A DNA stretch of 64,000 nucleotides, taken from NCBI RefSeq assembly GCF_963921235.1, contig NC_086097.1, positions 29,638,001 through 29,702,000 on the forward strand, given 5' to 3'. This document shows, piece after piece, positions 12,659 through 26,704 of the stretch (position 1 is the first letter of the stretch; the number at the start of each line of letters is the position of its first letter). The position numbers and the translations under genes were made by a program. Source of the DNA: Mobula hypostoma. Lineage: Eukaryota. The notes beneath the pieces were generated by a model. The model saw nothing but the letters and a program-made list of their open reading frames with translations. It was not told where the DNA came from and did no database searches.

Positions 12659-14289
12659 CAAGAACATCAAAGTATTAAAAACATACACTATATATATATG
12701 AATCATCTGCAACCCTGTGGCTAGGATCTAATCTTTAACTCATCCCCAGTATCTGTTACTCTATATATAATCTCCCCATTCCAGGAATAGCTTTCAATTT
12801 GTGATTCATTCTTAAATTACTGTTATTCTCAAGTAAAATCCTCCAATCCAGATTTCATTAAACTAACCTCTGCTTTCATATTATCCGCCATTAATATAAG
12901 AATGAGAGAGAAAGAGAGAAGATTGTTTTATTCTAACGTACATATATCAGATAAATGTTAATTTTTTAATCAACACATGATTTATTTCAGATTCAGAATC
13001 AAATTTATTTATCATATATACATCAAACCATACAATGAAATGTGCCCTTTACAACCAGCACAATTTAGGGATGTGCTGGGGGCAGCCCACAAGTGTTGCC
13101 ACATGTTCCAGTGCCAACACAGCATGCCCACAGTTCTCGGCAGGACACATCAAGCAGCAAAACAACAAGAGCAAAGCAAACCCATTTCCACCCTCCTACC
13201 CACAACACACCTAGACAAGCCTCCATTCGCCAGGACTGGCCTCCGGCTCCAATCTCCAGGCATTCGCCTTCGACTTCCGGACTACCGATCGACCTCCCAG
13301 ATCCCACTTTCAGTACGGACTCCAGATTAGCTGGTAACGGGACCCTGATTTCCAGGCTCGGTCTGGTTGCCCCACCGACTGGCCTTTGTGCATCCTGCTT
13401 GCATGGACTTCTGGTCGCCGGCCTTCGAGCACGGAGCAGAGGCCTGGACTGTGCATGCCCTTCATCACCCATCCCCATCGCTGGACTTCAAACAGGGAGC
13501 GTGGAGTGGAAGACTGACCTCGAGTTCCTCACATATTGCTTTGTGAATGCTCTTCTCCAGCCGAGGGACATCACCCTTACACACCAGACAACTGGCTGGG
13601 TTTATTTTAGTTAATCCTCAGTGGCACAGCAGGTGGAACTGTGGCCTCGTGGCTCTGGTGTCTCCAGTTCGAACCTGACCCCCGGCGCCGTGTGCGGAGT
13701 TTGCAAATTCTCCCTGGGTGCTCGAGTTTTCTCTCATAGCCCGAAGATGTGTGGGTCAGTGGGCTGCTGAGTATTATCTCCGAATGTGTAGGGGAGTGGT
13801 GGAAGAATCGGGGAGAATTGATGAGAAGGTAGGGAGAATTAAAAGGGAACTGGTAGTCAGTCTCGTGCACTGAGATACAGAGAAAACCTTTTGTTTGTGT
13901 GCTATCCATAGATAAATACATCAACATTATAAATAGTGAAAGTGTGTACAAATGGTTAATAGTTTATGGCTGGTACAAGGGGGCATAATTTTAAAGTGAT
14001 TGGAGTTAGGTGCAGTGGGCTTGTCAGAGACAGGGTTTTTTACACAGAGAGTGGAGGGTGTGGAACGCTCTGCCAGAGGTGCTGGTAGAGGCAGGTGCAT
14101 TAGGAGCATTGAGGAGACTCTTAGACAGACACATGGATGATAGAAAAACAGAGTACTATGTGGGAGGGCAGGCTTAATTGATCTTAGAGTGAGTTAAAAA
14201 GTTGGCCATTGTGGGTCAAGGGGCCAGTACCATGCTGTACTGTTCTATGTTGTAAAGTACAAGGGCCACAATAAGTTAGCTTGGGAAAG

Positions 14290-14745
14290 TTAATCTTTAG
14301 CATTTGAGGGGTCCATTCAAGAGGTTTATAACAGTGGAGTAGAACTTGTCCTTCAGCCTGGTGGTGTGTGCTTTCAAGCTTTTGTATCTTCTGCCTGATG
14401 GGAGGGGGGAGAAGAGAGAATGCTGTGATGGAAGGGGTCCTTGATTACACTGGCTGCTTTCCTGAGGCAGTGGGAAGCGAAGACAGAGCTTGTGCAGGGG
14501 AGGCTTTTTATTCCTGTGGTGTGCTGAGCTGTGTTCAGAACTCTCTGCAGTTTCCTGTAGTCTTGGGCAGAGCACTTGATGTACTGAACTGTGATGCATT
14601 GAGATAAGATGCTTTTGGTGACACACCTGCAAAATATTGGCCCATGCTAAATTTCCTTCACCTCCTGAGAAAGTAGAGGCATCGGTGAGCTTTCTTGGCC
14701 TTTGCACCATCATAGCTGGACCAGGAAAAATCACTGATGTTACTA
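14290..14745 (-). mobile_element. Rex1/Babar-type LINE 3' fragment
   Basis: HSLFSPLPSGRRYKSLKAHTTRLKDKFYSTVINLLN C-terminal motif. Confidence 0.7.
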
Positions 14746-15357
14746 ATCCCCAAGGGTTTGTGTAAATGGATGAGTAATAATCCACACAGACTTGTTGGGC
14801 CGAATGGCCTGTTTCAGTGTTGTATCTCTCTACAATTACAGCACAACATTGAAAAGTCATTTGGACAGGTATATGGATAGGAATGGTTTAGAGGGATACG
14901 GGCCAAGTGTAGGCAAATGGGGATAGGTTCGGATAGACATGTTGGTCAGCAGGGATGTGTCGGGCCGAAGGGCCTACTTCTGCACTCTATAACTCTATGA
15001 AAGGAACAACATCAGCCAAGTTGGCCTCAGAAAGCCTGTGACCTTTCTTCCCAAGCTGAGTAGATTTGAATGCTTTGAGGGACCAAGTTTTCCAGTCCGA
15101 CTGGTGTCATGAAAGTATGAGTTCTCCATGGGAAGGTGAAGTTTTTCCAAGCTCTGCTAAGCAGAACTGGAGACAAGTATCAGACCTCCTAGCTGTGGTG
15201 TATTTGTGTATTGTTATGTGCATAAGTCATGTGCCCATAATAGGCGGTGACATCATCACGTGCCGAAACACCGGTCTTGTTCTTCCGTTCAGAGTACACA
15301 CCCTCGTGTGCTGCACCTGCTCGGAGCAGAACCTACCCAGACTCATCACCAGACAAC

Positions 15358-16200
15358 CATGACACCACAAATGGGGCTCAGTGGACAGTGATGAAGGCTA
15401 TCAAAAGCTTGCCGTGGGATCTGGACCAAATGGAAACATGGGGTGAAAGATGGCAGATGCAATTTAATGCAGACAAGTAGGAGGCGTTGCACTTTAAGAG
15501 GACAAACCAGGTTTTAGGACTTACGCAATGAATGGTTGGTCACTGGGGATTGTGGTAGAGCAGAGGGAGGTATCACAGATAGATAGGATCATCAAGAGAG
15601 TTTTTGGCAAGTTGGCCTTCAGACTATTGAGTACAGGAGTTAGAATGTTATTTCGAAGTTGTATAAAATGTTGATGAAGCCAATTTTTGTGCAGAATATT
15701 TTGTGCAATTCTGGTCACCTATCTACAGGAAAGACGTCAGTAGAATTGAAAGAAAACAAAAAAATACAAGGGTGTTGCAGGGACTTGACCTGAGTTATAG
15801 GGAAAGGTTTCAAAGGTTAGGACTTTACTCTTTGGAGTGTAGGAGAAGGAGGGGAGGTTTGATAGTGGTATGAGGTTAAAACGCAAGCAGGCTTTTTTCA
15901 CTGATGTTGCATGAGACTACGACTAGAGGTTATGGGTTAAAGGTGAAAGGTGGAATGTTTAATGGGATCCTAAGGTTCCCATTCACTCAGAGAGTGGTGA
16001 GAGTGTGGGAGAAGCTGCCAGTGGAAGCAGTGGATGCGGACTTGATCGCAACATTTAAGAGAGTTTGGATCGGTGTGTGGATGCTACGATAATGGAGGGC
16101 TATGTTCCATAACTAGATAGAATAACAGTTTGGCACAGACTAGATGGGCCAAAGGGCCTGTTTCTGTGCTGTAGTGTTCTATAACTCTGTGACTCTAAGT
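15358..16200 (+). mobile_element. CR1 LINE 3' fragment
   Basis: WDLDQMETWGERWQMQFNADK and FTQRVVRVWEKLP motifs. Confidence 0.8.
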
Positions 16201-17944
16201 GTAGTTGGTAGTTTCCTTCCTCGGGAGGATTTTGTTGAACCTGCTGGCATTTTGTTTTGTGCTAAAACATTAACGTCACAGTTAGTTTTTCTGGCACCAG
16301 CTGCCATTTGTTCTCTATTCCAAAATAAAGTTCTAAACTTCCATCTCAACTGTCAGCACGGTTAGAAGCCAAGATCCAAATTCAGAGATGAGTGGGAGAG
16401 TTTCCCAAAAAGTGTGAGCTGAGGGTCAGGTTCAGGAAAGAGATGGAAAATGCAGAGGAAATACAAAATCCACATGATTCAGTTGGAAGGGGATGGATTC
16501 AAAGTCAAGTGGAGCTTATTGTCATTACACAAGTCCACGTATGCTTAGGTACAGTGTAAGAGTTAGCTGTACAACAGCATCACAGGTACATAGTATCATA
16601 GTAACATTCATTTCAGAAAACACAGGTTTAAGCTGAGAGCGGAAAGATTTAATCAGAATCAGGTTTACTATCACCGATATATGTCATGGAATTTGTTATG
16701 TAAGAAAATTCATCTCAACGTAGTAACAATAATATATGCATACTTAGATAATAAATTTACTTTGAACTTTGAATTTTGGAATGAACAGATGCAATAGTGT
16801 GTGTGGGTCCCTGGGGCTTTGAGCTTCAGTGCAAACTTTTCTTCAGTGTTTAGGAGCAGATCCCTGCCCCGTCCATATCTGCCTGTCACCTCCTATCCAT
16901 TCAGTTCTGTGCTTGGAAGGAAATTCAGACTGTAGCCGATGAGGCACCCCGCAAACACTTCATCATTGCTGTGCACTGTTCAGCATTCCCGAAGGAAATT
17001 ATAACAAGTTGGTGCATGACATTAATTCCTGGCATGCCTTCTCCAACTGGGTGAGAACAGAATATTACAGCACAGGAACAGCCCTTGATATTGGCTTAAT
17101 TTAATTAGGCTGACAACAATGCTAAATTAAACTAAATCGCTTCTGCCTGCACATGAATCTGAATCACATTCAATATCACTGACGTATGTCAGGAAATATG
17201 TTGTTTAGTACTGTGTAATACATAAAAAAATATTCTGTATATAGTGCAAAAGAGAGCAGAAAGAGTGAGGTAGAGTTTATGAGTTGGTTCGTTGTCCTTT
17301 CAGAAACCTGATGGCAGACGGGAAAAGCTGTTCCTAAAATGTTGGATGTCTGCCGTCTCCTTCGCGATGGTGGCAATAAGAAGTGGGCACGCGATCCATA
17401 TCCCTCCATTTTCACTGTCTGTCTAAAAACTTCTTAAATGTCACCATTACATCTGTTTCCACCACCAAGCCCGGCAGCCCATTCCACAGACTCACTACAC
17501 TCTAGGTAAATCCTTCACTCGACAGGCCGAATGGCCTAATTCTGCTCCTATGTCTTATGGGCTTGATAGTACGGATAACTTGCCCCACATATCTCCTTTA
17601 AACCTTTCTCCCTCACCTTAAATGCATGTCACGTAGTACTTGACATTTTTACCCTGGGAAAAAAGGTTCTGACTTTCTACCCTCTCAAATAATGAAAGAC
17701 AGACTGTGTTGTGCCCTGATACATCATAGACTCACCCCTCACTACCATCGGTAGTATCTACAGGAGGTGATGCCTCAGGAATGCAACAGCTCCACACAGT
17801 CAGGGCTGTGCTATCCTCTCGCACTTGCCATCACGCAGGAGGTACAGAAGCCTGAAGACCCATACCATCAGGTTCAGGAACAGTTACTTCCTTCAATCAT
17901 TTGGTTCTTGAACCACAGCTCAGCAACACTAGAGCCACTTTGGC

Positions 17945-20900
17945 TCTACACTTTCCACACTTTCACAACCCTCTGAGTGGAGAAGCTTCCCCTCATGTTC
18001 CCTTTAAACTTTTCACCTTTCACCTTTAACCCATGACCTCCACTTGTAGTCCCACCTGACCTCAATGGAAAAAGACTGCTTGCATTTACCCTATCTATAC
18101 CCCTCATAATTTTGTATAGCTCGATCAAATCTCCTCTCAATCTTCTATATTCCAAGGAAAAAAGTCTTGACCTATTCAATCTTACTCTGGAACTCATGTC
18201 TTCCAGTCCCAGCAACATCCTTGTAAATTTTCTCTGTACCCTTTCAACCTTATTTTCATCTTTCCTGTATGTAGGTGACCAAAACTGCACACAATACTCC
18301 AAATTAGGCCTCACCAATGTCTCACACAACTTCAACATAACATCCCATCTCCTCTACTCAATACATCAGAAAAACTGAAGATGTTAGAAATCCAAGCAAC
18401 ACACACAAAATGCTGGAGGAACTCAGCAGGCCAGGCAGCATCTATGGAAAAGAGTTGATATTTCAGGCCGAGATCCCCAATAGAGTCCTGATGAAGGGGC
18501 TTGGCCAGGAAACATTGACTATTTACTCTTTTCCATAGATGCTTCCTGGCCTGCTGAGTTCACCCAGTATTTTGTGTGTGTTTCCTGTACTCAATACTTT
18601 GATTTGTGAAGGCCAATAAAGACTTTACCCTAACACCCAACAACCAATGATACTACTTTCAATGAATTATGGACCTGTATTCCCAGATCCCTTTGTTCTA
18701 CCAGACTCCTCAGTGCCCTATCATTCACTGTGTAATATCTATCCTGGTTGGTCAAAATCTCACACTTGTCTGCGCTAAATTCCATCTGTCATTTTTCAGC
18801 CCACTTTTCCAGTTGATCTAGATCCCACTGCAAACCATGATAGTCCTCTTTGCCGTCCAGTACACCCCCAATCTTGGTGTTTTCCGCAAATTTGCTGATC
18901 CAGTTAATTACATTATCATCCAGATTGTTGATACAATGACAAACAACAACGGACTCAGAACCGATCCCTGTGGCACTCCACTAGTCACAGACCTCCAGTC
19001 AGAGAGGCAACCATCGACTACCACTTTTCAGATTCGCCCAGAAAGCCAATGTCTAATCCAGTTATAACCTCATCTTGAATCCTGAGAGACTGAGCCTTCT
19101 TGACAATCCTCCCAGGCGAGACTTTGTCAAAGGCCTTGCTAAAGTCCATGTAGACAACAGCCACTGCCTTGCCTTCATCAACTTTCCTACTGGTTTCTTT
19201 GAAAAACTCTATAAGATTGGTTAGACATGACTTACCACACACAAAATCATGCTGACTATCCTTAATCAGTCTATGTCTATCCAAATACTCATATATCTGC
19301 TCCCTCAGAATACCTTCCAATACATTTCCCACAACTGATGTCAGGAACACAAGCCTATAATTTCCTGGTTTATTTTTACAGCCTTTCTTGAACAACAGAA
19401 CACCATTAGCTATCCTCCTGTAGTACCTCACCTGTGCTAAGGATGATTTAAATATCTCTGATAAGACTTTCTCTGCTTGCCCGCCACAGGGTCCAAGAGG
19501 TCAGGCCCTGGGGATTTATCCACCCGAATTTGCCTCATGACAGCAAACACCACCTCCTCTGTAATCTGTATATGGTCCATGAAGTTGATGCCACTTTGCC
19601 TCACCTCTGCAGACCCTTGAGCAAATACAGATGCAAAAAATGCATTTCAGATCTCTCCCTTTTGTTTTGGCTCCACACATGGATGACCATTCTGGTCCTC
19701 CAGAGGACCAATTTTGTCCCTTGCAATCCTTTTGCTCGTAATGTATCCGTGGAATCCCTTAGGATTCTCCTTCACCTTGTCTGCCAAGGCAACCTCGTGC
19801 TTTCTTTTAGCCCTCCTGATCTCTTTAAGTGCTCTCTTGCTTTTCTTGTACTCCATCAGCACCTCATTTGTTGCAATGCACCACCTTTGTTTTCTTAACC
19901 AGGGCCTCAATGTCTCTTGAAAGCCAAGGTTCCCTAAAACTGTTATCTTTACCTTTATTCCGACAGGCACATTACAAGCTTTGTATTCTCAAAATTTCGC
20001 TTTTGAAGGCCTCCCACTGATGAAGTACCCCTTTGCCTGTAAACAGCCTGTACCAATCCACACTGGCCAGATCATTTCTGATAACACCATAATTGGCTTT
20101 TCTTCAATTCAGAATCTCAACCCGCGGACCAGACCTACTGTGTCTGTTTGCCTATTTACTTTGAAACTAATAGCATTGTGATAACTAGATGCAAAGTGTT
20201 CCCCTACACAAACTTCTGTCACCTGCCCTGTCTCATTCCCTGGCAGCAGATCAAATATTGGACACTCTCTTGTTGGGACTTCCACGTACTAATTAAGAAA
20301 ACTTTCCAGAACACATTTGATGAACTCTATCCCATCTAGTCCTTTTACAATATGGGAGTTTGAGTCAATATGAGGAAAGGTAAAATCATTTGCTGTAACA
20401 ACAATATGTTTCTTGCAACAGTCTCTGATCTCTCTAAATCCCTAGGACTGTTGTGTGGTCTGTAACATAGCTCCATTAATGTGGCCATACCTTTCTGATC
20501 ACTCAGTCCCACCCATAACACCTCACAAGATGAGCTCTCCAGTCTGTCCTTACTGAGCCCTGCTGTGACAGGTTTCCTGACTAGTAATGCCACCTACCCC
20601 CTTTAATGCTCCTGCACTGTTGCGTTTAAAACAATGGAACCCTGGAACATTGAGCTGCCAGTCCTGCCCCTCCTACAACTAAGTCTCACTACTATATCAT
20701 AATTCCTGGTGTTGATACATGCCTGAGCTCATCTGCCTTTTCTACGATACGTCCTGCATTGAAATACAGGCAGCACAGGATATTAGTCGCACTGTGTTCA
20801 ACCTTTTTTGATTCCTGACTTTGACGTCTTAACAACACCTGTCTCATAACCTCTCCACTATCTGTTCTGGTACTCTGGTTCCCATCCCCCTGAAAGTCTA

Positions 20901-21305
20901 GTACAACCCCCTACACTCTCACCCCCATGCACCACCAGCAAACCTTCCCGCTGGGATATTAGACCTCCTCCAGTTCAGGTGTAGACCATCGCTTCTGTAC
21001 AGGTAACCACCTTCCCTGGAAGAAAGCCCAATGATCCAAAAATCCTATGCCCTCCCTCCTACACTAACTCTTTAGCAATGTGTTAAGTTGTAGGAACTGC
21101 CTATTTCTGGCCTCACTAGCATGCAACACAGGTAGCAACCCTGAGATCACAACCCTGGAGATCCTGCCCTTTAACTTAGCACCTAACACCCAAAACTCAC
21201 TTTGCAGAGCCTTGTCACTCTTCCTACCCATGTCATTGGTAACTACACGTGTCACCTAATTTTCTGGTGTGCTCAGGTGTAACTACCTCTCTATATGTCC
21301 TATCT
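17945..21305 (-). mobile_element. Long decayed CR1 LINE (ORF1 SGNH-esterase, endonuclease and RT remnants)
   Basis: PGNYRLVFLTSVVG, SCLTNLIEFF, YMDFSKAFDKV, RPNLEYCVQFWSP; ORF1 remnant TNDMGRK...VVISGLLP at 21064-21255. Confidence 0.9.
18365..18582. mobile_element. 218-bp fold-back PLE-derived mini-element with 15-bp TSD, nested in CR1
   Basis: About 58-bp inverted arms around a degenerate hammerhead (gagtcctgatgaagggg...ggaaacattgact); flanks tcctctactcaatac / tcctgtactcaatac. Confidence 0.8.
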
Positions 21306-21314
21306 GTAGATCGA

Positions 21315-21895
21315 CACAGGAGCAGAATTAGGCCATTCAGCCACAGAGTCTGATCAGCCTTTCAATCATGGCTGATTTATTTTCCCTCTCAACCCCATTC
21401 TTCTGCCTTCTCCCATAACCTTTGATTCCATTACTAATCAAGAAATCCATTAGCCTCCACTTTAAATATACCCAATCACTTGGTCTCTACAGCTGCGTGT
21501 AGCAATGAGATCCACAGATTTACCACCGTCTGTCTAAAGAAATTCCTCCGTATCTCTGTTTTAAAGGGACCTCCCTCTATTCTGAGGCTGTGCCCTCTGG
21601 TCCTAGGCTCTCCCACTATTGGAAACATCCTCGGCACATCCAATCTGGCAGGTTTGTGGGGTTTACTGAGACCCCCCCTCATTCTTCTAAACATCAGGGG
21701 TACAGACTCAGAGCACTCCTCATTCTTTAACCCTTTCATTCCTGGGATCACTCTCAATAGACAATAGACAATAGGTGCAGAAGTAGACCATTTGGCCCTT
21801 CGAGCCTGCACCGCCATTCTGAGATCATGGTTGATCATCTACTATCAATACCCGGTTCCTGCCTTGTCCCCATAACCCTTGATTCCCTTATCGAC
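21315..21895 (-). mobile_element. Two adjacent CR1 3'-end fragments
   Basis: RGHSLRIEGGPFKTEIRRNFFRQTVVNLW motif; the second copy ends in a short (caataga)n tail as read on the plus strand. Confidence 0.7.
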
Positions 21896-22299
21896 AGCCT
21901 CCTCTGAATCCTCTCCAATGCAAGCACATTTTTTCCTACATAGGTCCCTACACATACCTGACTCCAGAGCCCTGAAATAGAGATTACTTTCTGTCTGTGG
22001 AAGAGATGACCAGATGGTCAGGCAGGATCTGAGCAGGGAAGTGGACAATCGATGTTTTAGCTTGAGACATTTCAGCTGGACTGAACAGAGCCAGCATAAA
22101 AAGGTGAATGTTTCTGTAAAGAATATCAGACACCTGGGAGCAAATCACAGACTAAAGTCTAATGCAACACACACACAGAATTCTGGAGGATCTCAGCAGG
22201 TCAGGCAGCCTCTATGGAGGGGAATAAACAGTCGGGTTTAGACCATTCCAGAGGACTATTTGTTCCCTTCTTTAGATGCTGCATGACATGCTGTGTTCA

Positions 22300-25200
22300 T
22301 GGAGTCATAGAAAAGTACAGCACAGTAACTGGCCCTTCAGCCCATCTAGTCTGTGCTGAAACCATTTATCTGCCTACTCCCATTGACCTGCAACAGGACC
22401 ATAGCCCTCCAAACCCCTACCATCCATGTACCTATCCAAACTTGGCTTAAATGTTGAAATTGAGCTCCCATACACCACTTGTTCTGGCACCTTGTTCCAC
22501 GCTCTCATGACCATCTCAGAGATGAAGTTACCCCTCATAATTTTGTATACCTGTATCAAATCTCCTCTGAATCTTCTAAGTTGCAAGGAATAATGCCCTA
22601 ACCTATTCAATATTTCCTTATAATTCATGTCCTCCAGATCCGGCAACATCCTTGTAAATTTTCTCTGCACTCTTTTAACTTTATTTACCTTTTTCCTCTA
22701 GGTGAGTGACCAAATCTGCACACAATACTCCAAATTAGGCCTCACCAACATCGTGTACAATTTCAACATAACATCCCATCTCCTGTACTGAATACTTTAA
22801 TTTATGAAGGCCAATGTGCCAAAAGCTTTCTTTACAACCCCATTTACCTGTGACTCCACTTTCCCACTACTGATGTCAGACTCACTGGCCTATAATTATG
22901 TGGTTTTTGTTTATAAGCTTTGATAAACCGTGGAACAACGTTGGCTATTCTCCGATCCTCTGGTACTTCTCCTGTTGCTAAGGATGATATAAATATCTCT
23001 GATCGGGCTCCGGCAATTTCTGCACTTGCCTCCTTTAGGGTCAGAGGGAACGCCTTGTCATGCCCTGGGGATTTATCCACCCATTTTTGCCTCTGGACAG
23101 CAAACAGCTCATTCCTTTGTAATCTGTCCAGGGACCATGAAGTTAATACTGCTTTGCCTCACTTCTATAGACTCTGTGTTCACATCCTGAACAAATACAG
23201 ACGCAAAAAAAAAAAAATTTAAGATCTTCCCCATCTCTTTTAGTTCCACACATGGAATACCATTCTGATCTTCCAGAGAACCAATTTTGTCCCTTGCAAT
23301 CATTTTGCTCTTAACATATCTGAAGAATCCCTTAGGAGTCTCCTGCACCTTGTCTATTAGGGCAAATTCATGGCTTCTGTTAGCCATGATTTCTTCTTAA
23401 GTGTTCTCTTGCATTTCATATACTCCACAAGCATCTCATTTGTTCCTACCTGCCTATACCTGCTAGGCACCTCCTTGTTTTTTCTGAACTAGAGCCTCAA
23501 TATCTCTTGAAAACCAAGGTTCCTTAAACCTGTTATCCTTACCTTTTATTCTGACAGGCACATACAAGCTTTGCACTCTCAAAATTGCAGTTTTGAAGGC
23601 CCCCACTTACCAAGTACACCCTTGCCAGAAAACAGCCTGTCCCAATCCTCACTTACCAGATCATTTCTGATACTATCAGAATTGGACTTCCTCCAAATTA
23701 GAATCTTTTTGCAGACCAGACATATCATTTTGCATATTTACCTTGAAACTATTGGCATTGTGGTCACTGGATGCAAAGTGTCCCCCTAAGCAAACTTCTG
23801 TCACCTGTCCTGTCTCATTCCCTAATAGCAGATCAAGTATCACATAATGTCTTGTTGGGACCTCTACGTATTGATTAAGGAAACTTTCCTGAACACATTT
23901 GACAAACTCTATCCCATCTAGTCCTTTTACAGTGTGTGTGTCCCAGTCAGTATGTGGAAAGTTTAAATCACCTACTATCACAATTGCTTTGTCAAGCACC
24001 TCTACATCATTGGTCACAAGTGGCACTTTCCAGTGGGCAAACATTTTAATTCCGATTCCCATTCCCTTTCCGATGTGGCCTCCTCTTGTGCCAAGGTGAG
24101 GTCACCCTTTGCCTGACCTGCTGAGTTCCTCCAGCATTTTGTGTGTGTTACTACAACAACTTTATGTTTCTTGCAACAGTCTGTGATCTCCCCTCAAATT
24201 TGTTCCTCTAAATCCCTCAGAGTTTTGGGTGGCCTGTAATATAGCCCCATTAATGAGGACATATCTTTTTTATTGCCCGGTTTGGCCCATAGTACCACAG
24301 CAGACAAGTTCTCCAGCCTGTCCTGATGGAGCGCGCTGTGATATTTTCCTTGACTATTTTCGCCACCCCTCCTCCTTTAGTCCCTCCCACTGTCACTGCT
24401 AAAACAACAGAATCCCGGAATATTGAGCTGCCAGTCCTGTCCCTCTTGCAACCAAATCTCACTAATGGCTACAATGTCATAATTCCAGTTGTTGATCCAT
24501 GCCCTGAGCTCATCTGCCTTTCCTATAATACATTGAAATATACGCAGCTCAGGACATTAGTCGCGCTATGCTCAACAGTTTGATTCCTAACTTTGTCTGA
24601 CCAGCATCGGACTCCACAACCTCTCCATGAACTGTTCTGACACTCTGGTTCCCATCCTCTGCAACTCTATACGGCATTAGCAAACCTTCCCACTAGGATA
24701 TTAGTCCCCCTCCAGTTTAGGTGCAAACTGTTAGGTCCCACCTTCCCTGGAAGAGAGCCCAATGATCCATAAATCTTATGCCCTCCCCCCTACACCAACA
24801 CCTTCGCCACATGTTAAACTGTGTAATCTTCCTATTTCTGGCCTCACTCGCTCATGGCAGCAATCCTGAGATCACAACTGTGAAGGTCCTGCCCTTTGTC
24901 CTGTCCAAGGCTGGAAGAAGCTGCAGAAGATCGTGAACACAGCCCAGCACATCACACAAACCAATCTTCCATCCTTGGACTCACTTTACACCGCATGCTG
25001 TCAGAGCAGCGCTGCCAGGATAATCAAGGACACGACCCACCCAGCCAACACACTTTTCATCCCTCTTCCCTCTGGGAGAAGGCTCAGGAGCTTGAAGACT
25101 CATACGGCCAGATTTGGGAACAGCTTCTTTCCAACTGTGATAAGACTGCTGAATGGATCCTGACCCGGATCTGGGCCGTACCCTCCAAATATCCAGACCT

Positions 25201-26075
25201 GCCTCTCGGTTTTTTTGCACTACCTTACTTTCCATTTTTATATTTTCTATTTATGATTTATAATTTAAATTTTTAATATTTACTATTGATTTGTAATCCA
25301 GGGAGCGGGAAGTGCAGAATCAAATATCGCTGTGATGATTGTACGCTTTAGTATCAATTGTTTGGTGACAATAAAGTATAAAGTATAAAGTATAACTTAG
25401 AACCTAACTCCCTGAACTCACGTTGCAGAACCTTGTCACTCTTCCTACCCATGTCATTGGTATCTACATGGTCCACAACCTCTGGCTGTTCACCCTCCCA
25501 CTTAAGAATGCTAAGGACTCGATCTGAGATGTCCCAGATCTTGGCACCCAGGAGGGAACATACCATCCAGGAATCTCATTCTTGCCATAGAACCTCTTGT
25601 CCGTTCTTCTAACTAAAGAATCCCTGATCATTACAGCTTGCCTTTCCCCCACCCTTCCCCCCCAGTCATGGAGCCGGCCTCAGTGCCAGAGTCCCGACCA
25701 TTGTGACTTTCCTCTGCTAGGTCATTCCCCCAACAATACCTAAAGTGAAATAATTGTTGTTGAGGGGGGTGGTCACAGGAATACTTTGCATAGGCTTGTC
25801 AACCCCTTTCACCTTCCTTTTTGTCACACAGTCTCCTGCGTCCTGCACCTTGGGCGCAACTACCTCTCTATATGTCCTACCTACAACGCCCTCAGCCTCC
25901 TGAATGATCTGGTGTTCATCCAGTTCCAGCTCCAACTCCTTAATGTAGATTGTTAGAAGCTGCAGCTGGATGCACCTCTCACAGTTGTAGTCGTCAGGGA
26001 CACTGGGGATCTCCCCGTCTTCCCACATCCACAAGAGGAGCATTCCACCATCTTGCCTGGCATCTCTACTGTCCT
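22300..26075 (-). mobile_element. Near-full-span decayed CR1 LINE with internal deletions and nested insertions
   Basis: ORF1 N-terminus (PDDYNCERCIQLQLL...ELELELD), SGNH esterase (DTNDMGRK), endonuclease (GDLNFPHTDW, SDHN), RT (NYRPVSLTSVVGK) and 3' end. Confidence 0.9.
24897..25392 (+). mobile_element. Relatively young Rex1/Babar LINE 3' fragment nested in CR1
   Basis: Open frame ...IIKDTTHPANTLFIPLPSGRRLRSLKTHTARFGNSFFPTVIRLLNGS*, (aagtat)n tail; splits the CR1 motif gtcctgccctt|taacttag. Confidence 0.85.
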
Positions 26076-26476
26076 AACGGAGCAAATCAAGTCAAATTTA
26101 TTGTCATTTAACTAGTTGCACGTATATAACATATATAATCATATAATGTATATAGAAACGAGACATTTCTCTGAACCAGCATGTAAATCACAATAGTACA
26201 CATAATACACACAACACACAATAAATGCAAAGGGAGAGAAAAACTCTGTCTACAGTTTTTCTTTTGCCTTCTCAGACTGAAGCATCCCTTCGCTGGTCTC
26301 GAAGAGCTAAAGCCTCAAAATGTCCCATTCTAACTCTGTCTGCTCCAGTGATGGGCGCTCTGCCTGCCCCGCCTTGCTTGAATTTGTTCTGCTAACCAAT
26401 CTCGAGCACTGTTTGGCCGCTGCTAAAAGCTCCAAAAGGCTGCCATGGCTCGCTTCCTTTTCCACTCGATCAGCAA

Positions 26477-26704
26477 GAAGAAGAAGAAGAAGAGGAAGAA
26501 AGCCCTTATCTCCGAGTGGAGTCATTGGGGCACAGTCATGACGGCATTTTTTTAGCAGGCTTTTTTATTTTTACAAGGCTGAGTTGCTCATTCAACGCTC
26601 AACCCAGCACGGATGGAAAGCGTGCAAGGGAGCCGGCTGGATTCGAACTCGGAAGCCTTCGCTCTGAAGTCCGGCGCTGATGCCACTACGTCACCAGCCG
26701 GCTA
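26477..26704 (-). mobile_element. tRNA-derived SINE with (CTT)n tail and 13-bp TSD
   Basis: A-box TGACGTAGTGG, B-box GAGTTCGAATCC; flanks actcgatcagcaa (26464) / acttgatcagcaa (26705). Confidence 0.8.

Noticed and set aside
26600..26704. tRNA gene
   Set aside because: A and B boxes are present, but the head continues into a SINE body, tail and TSD.
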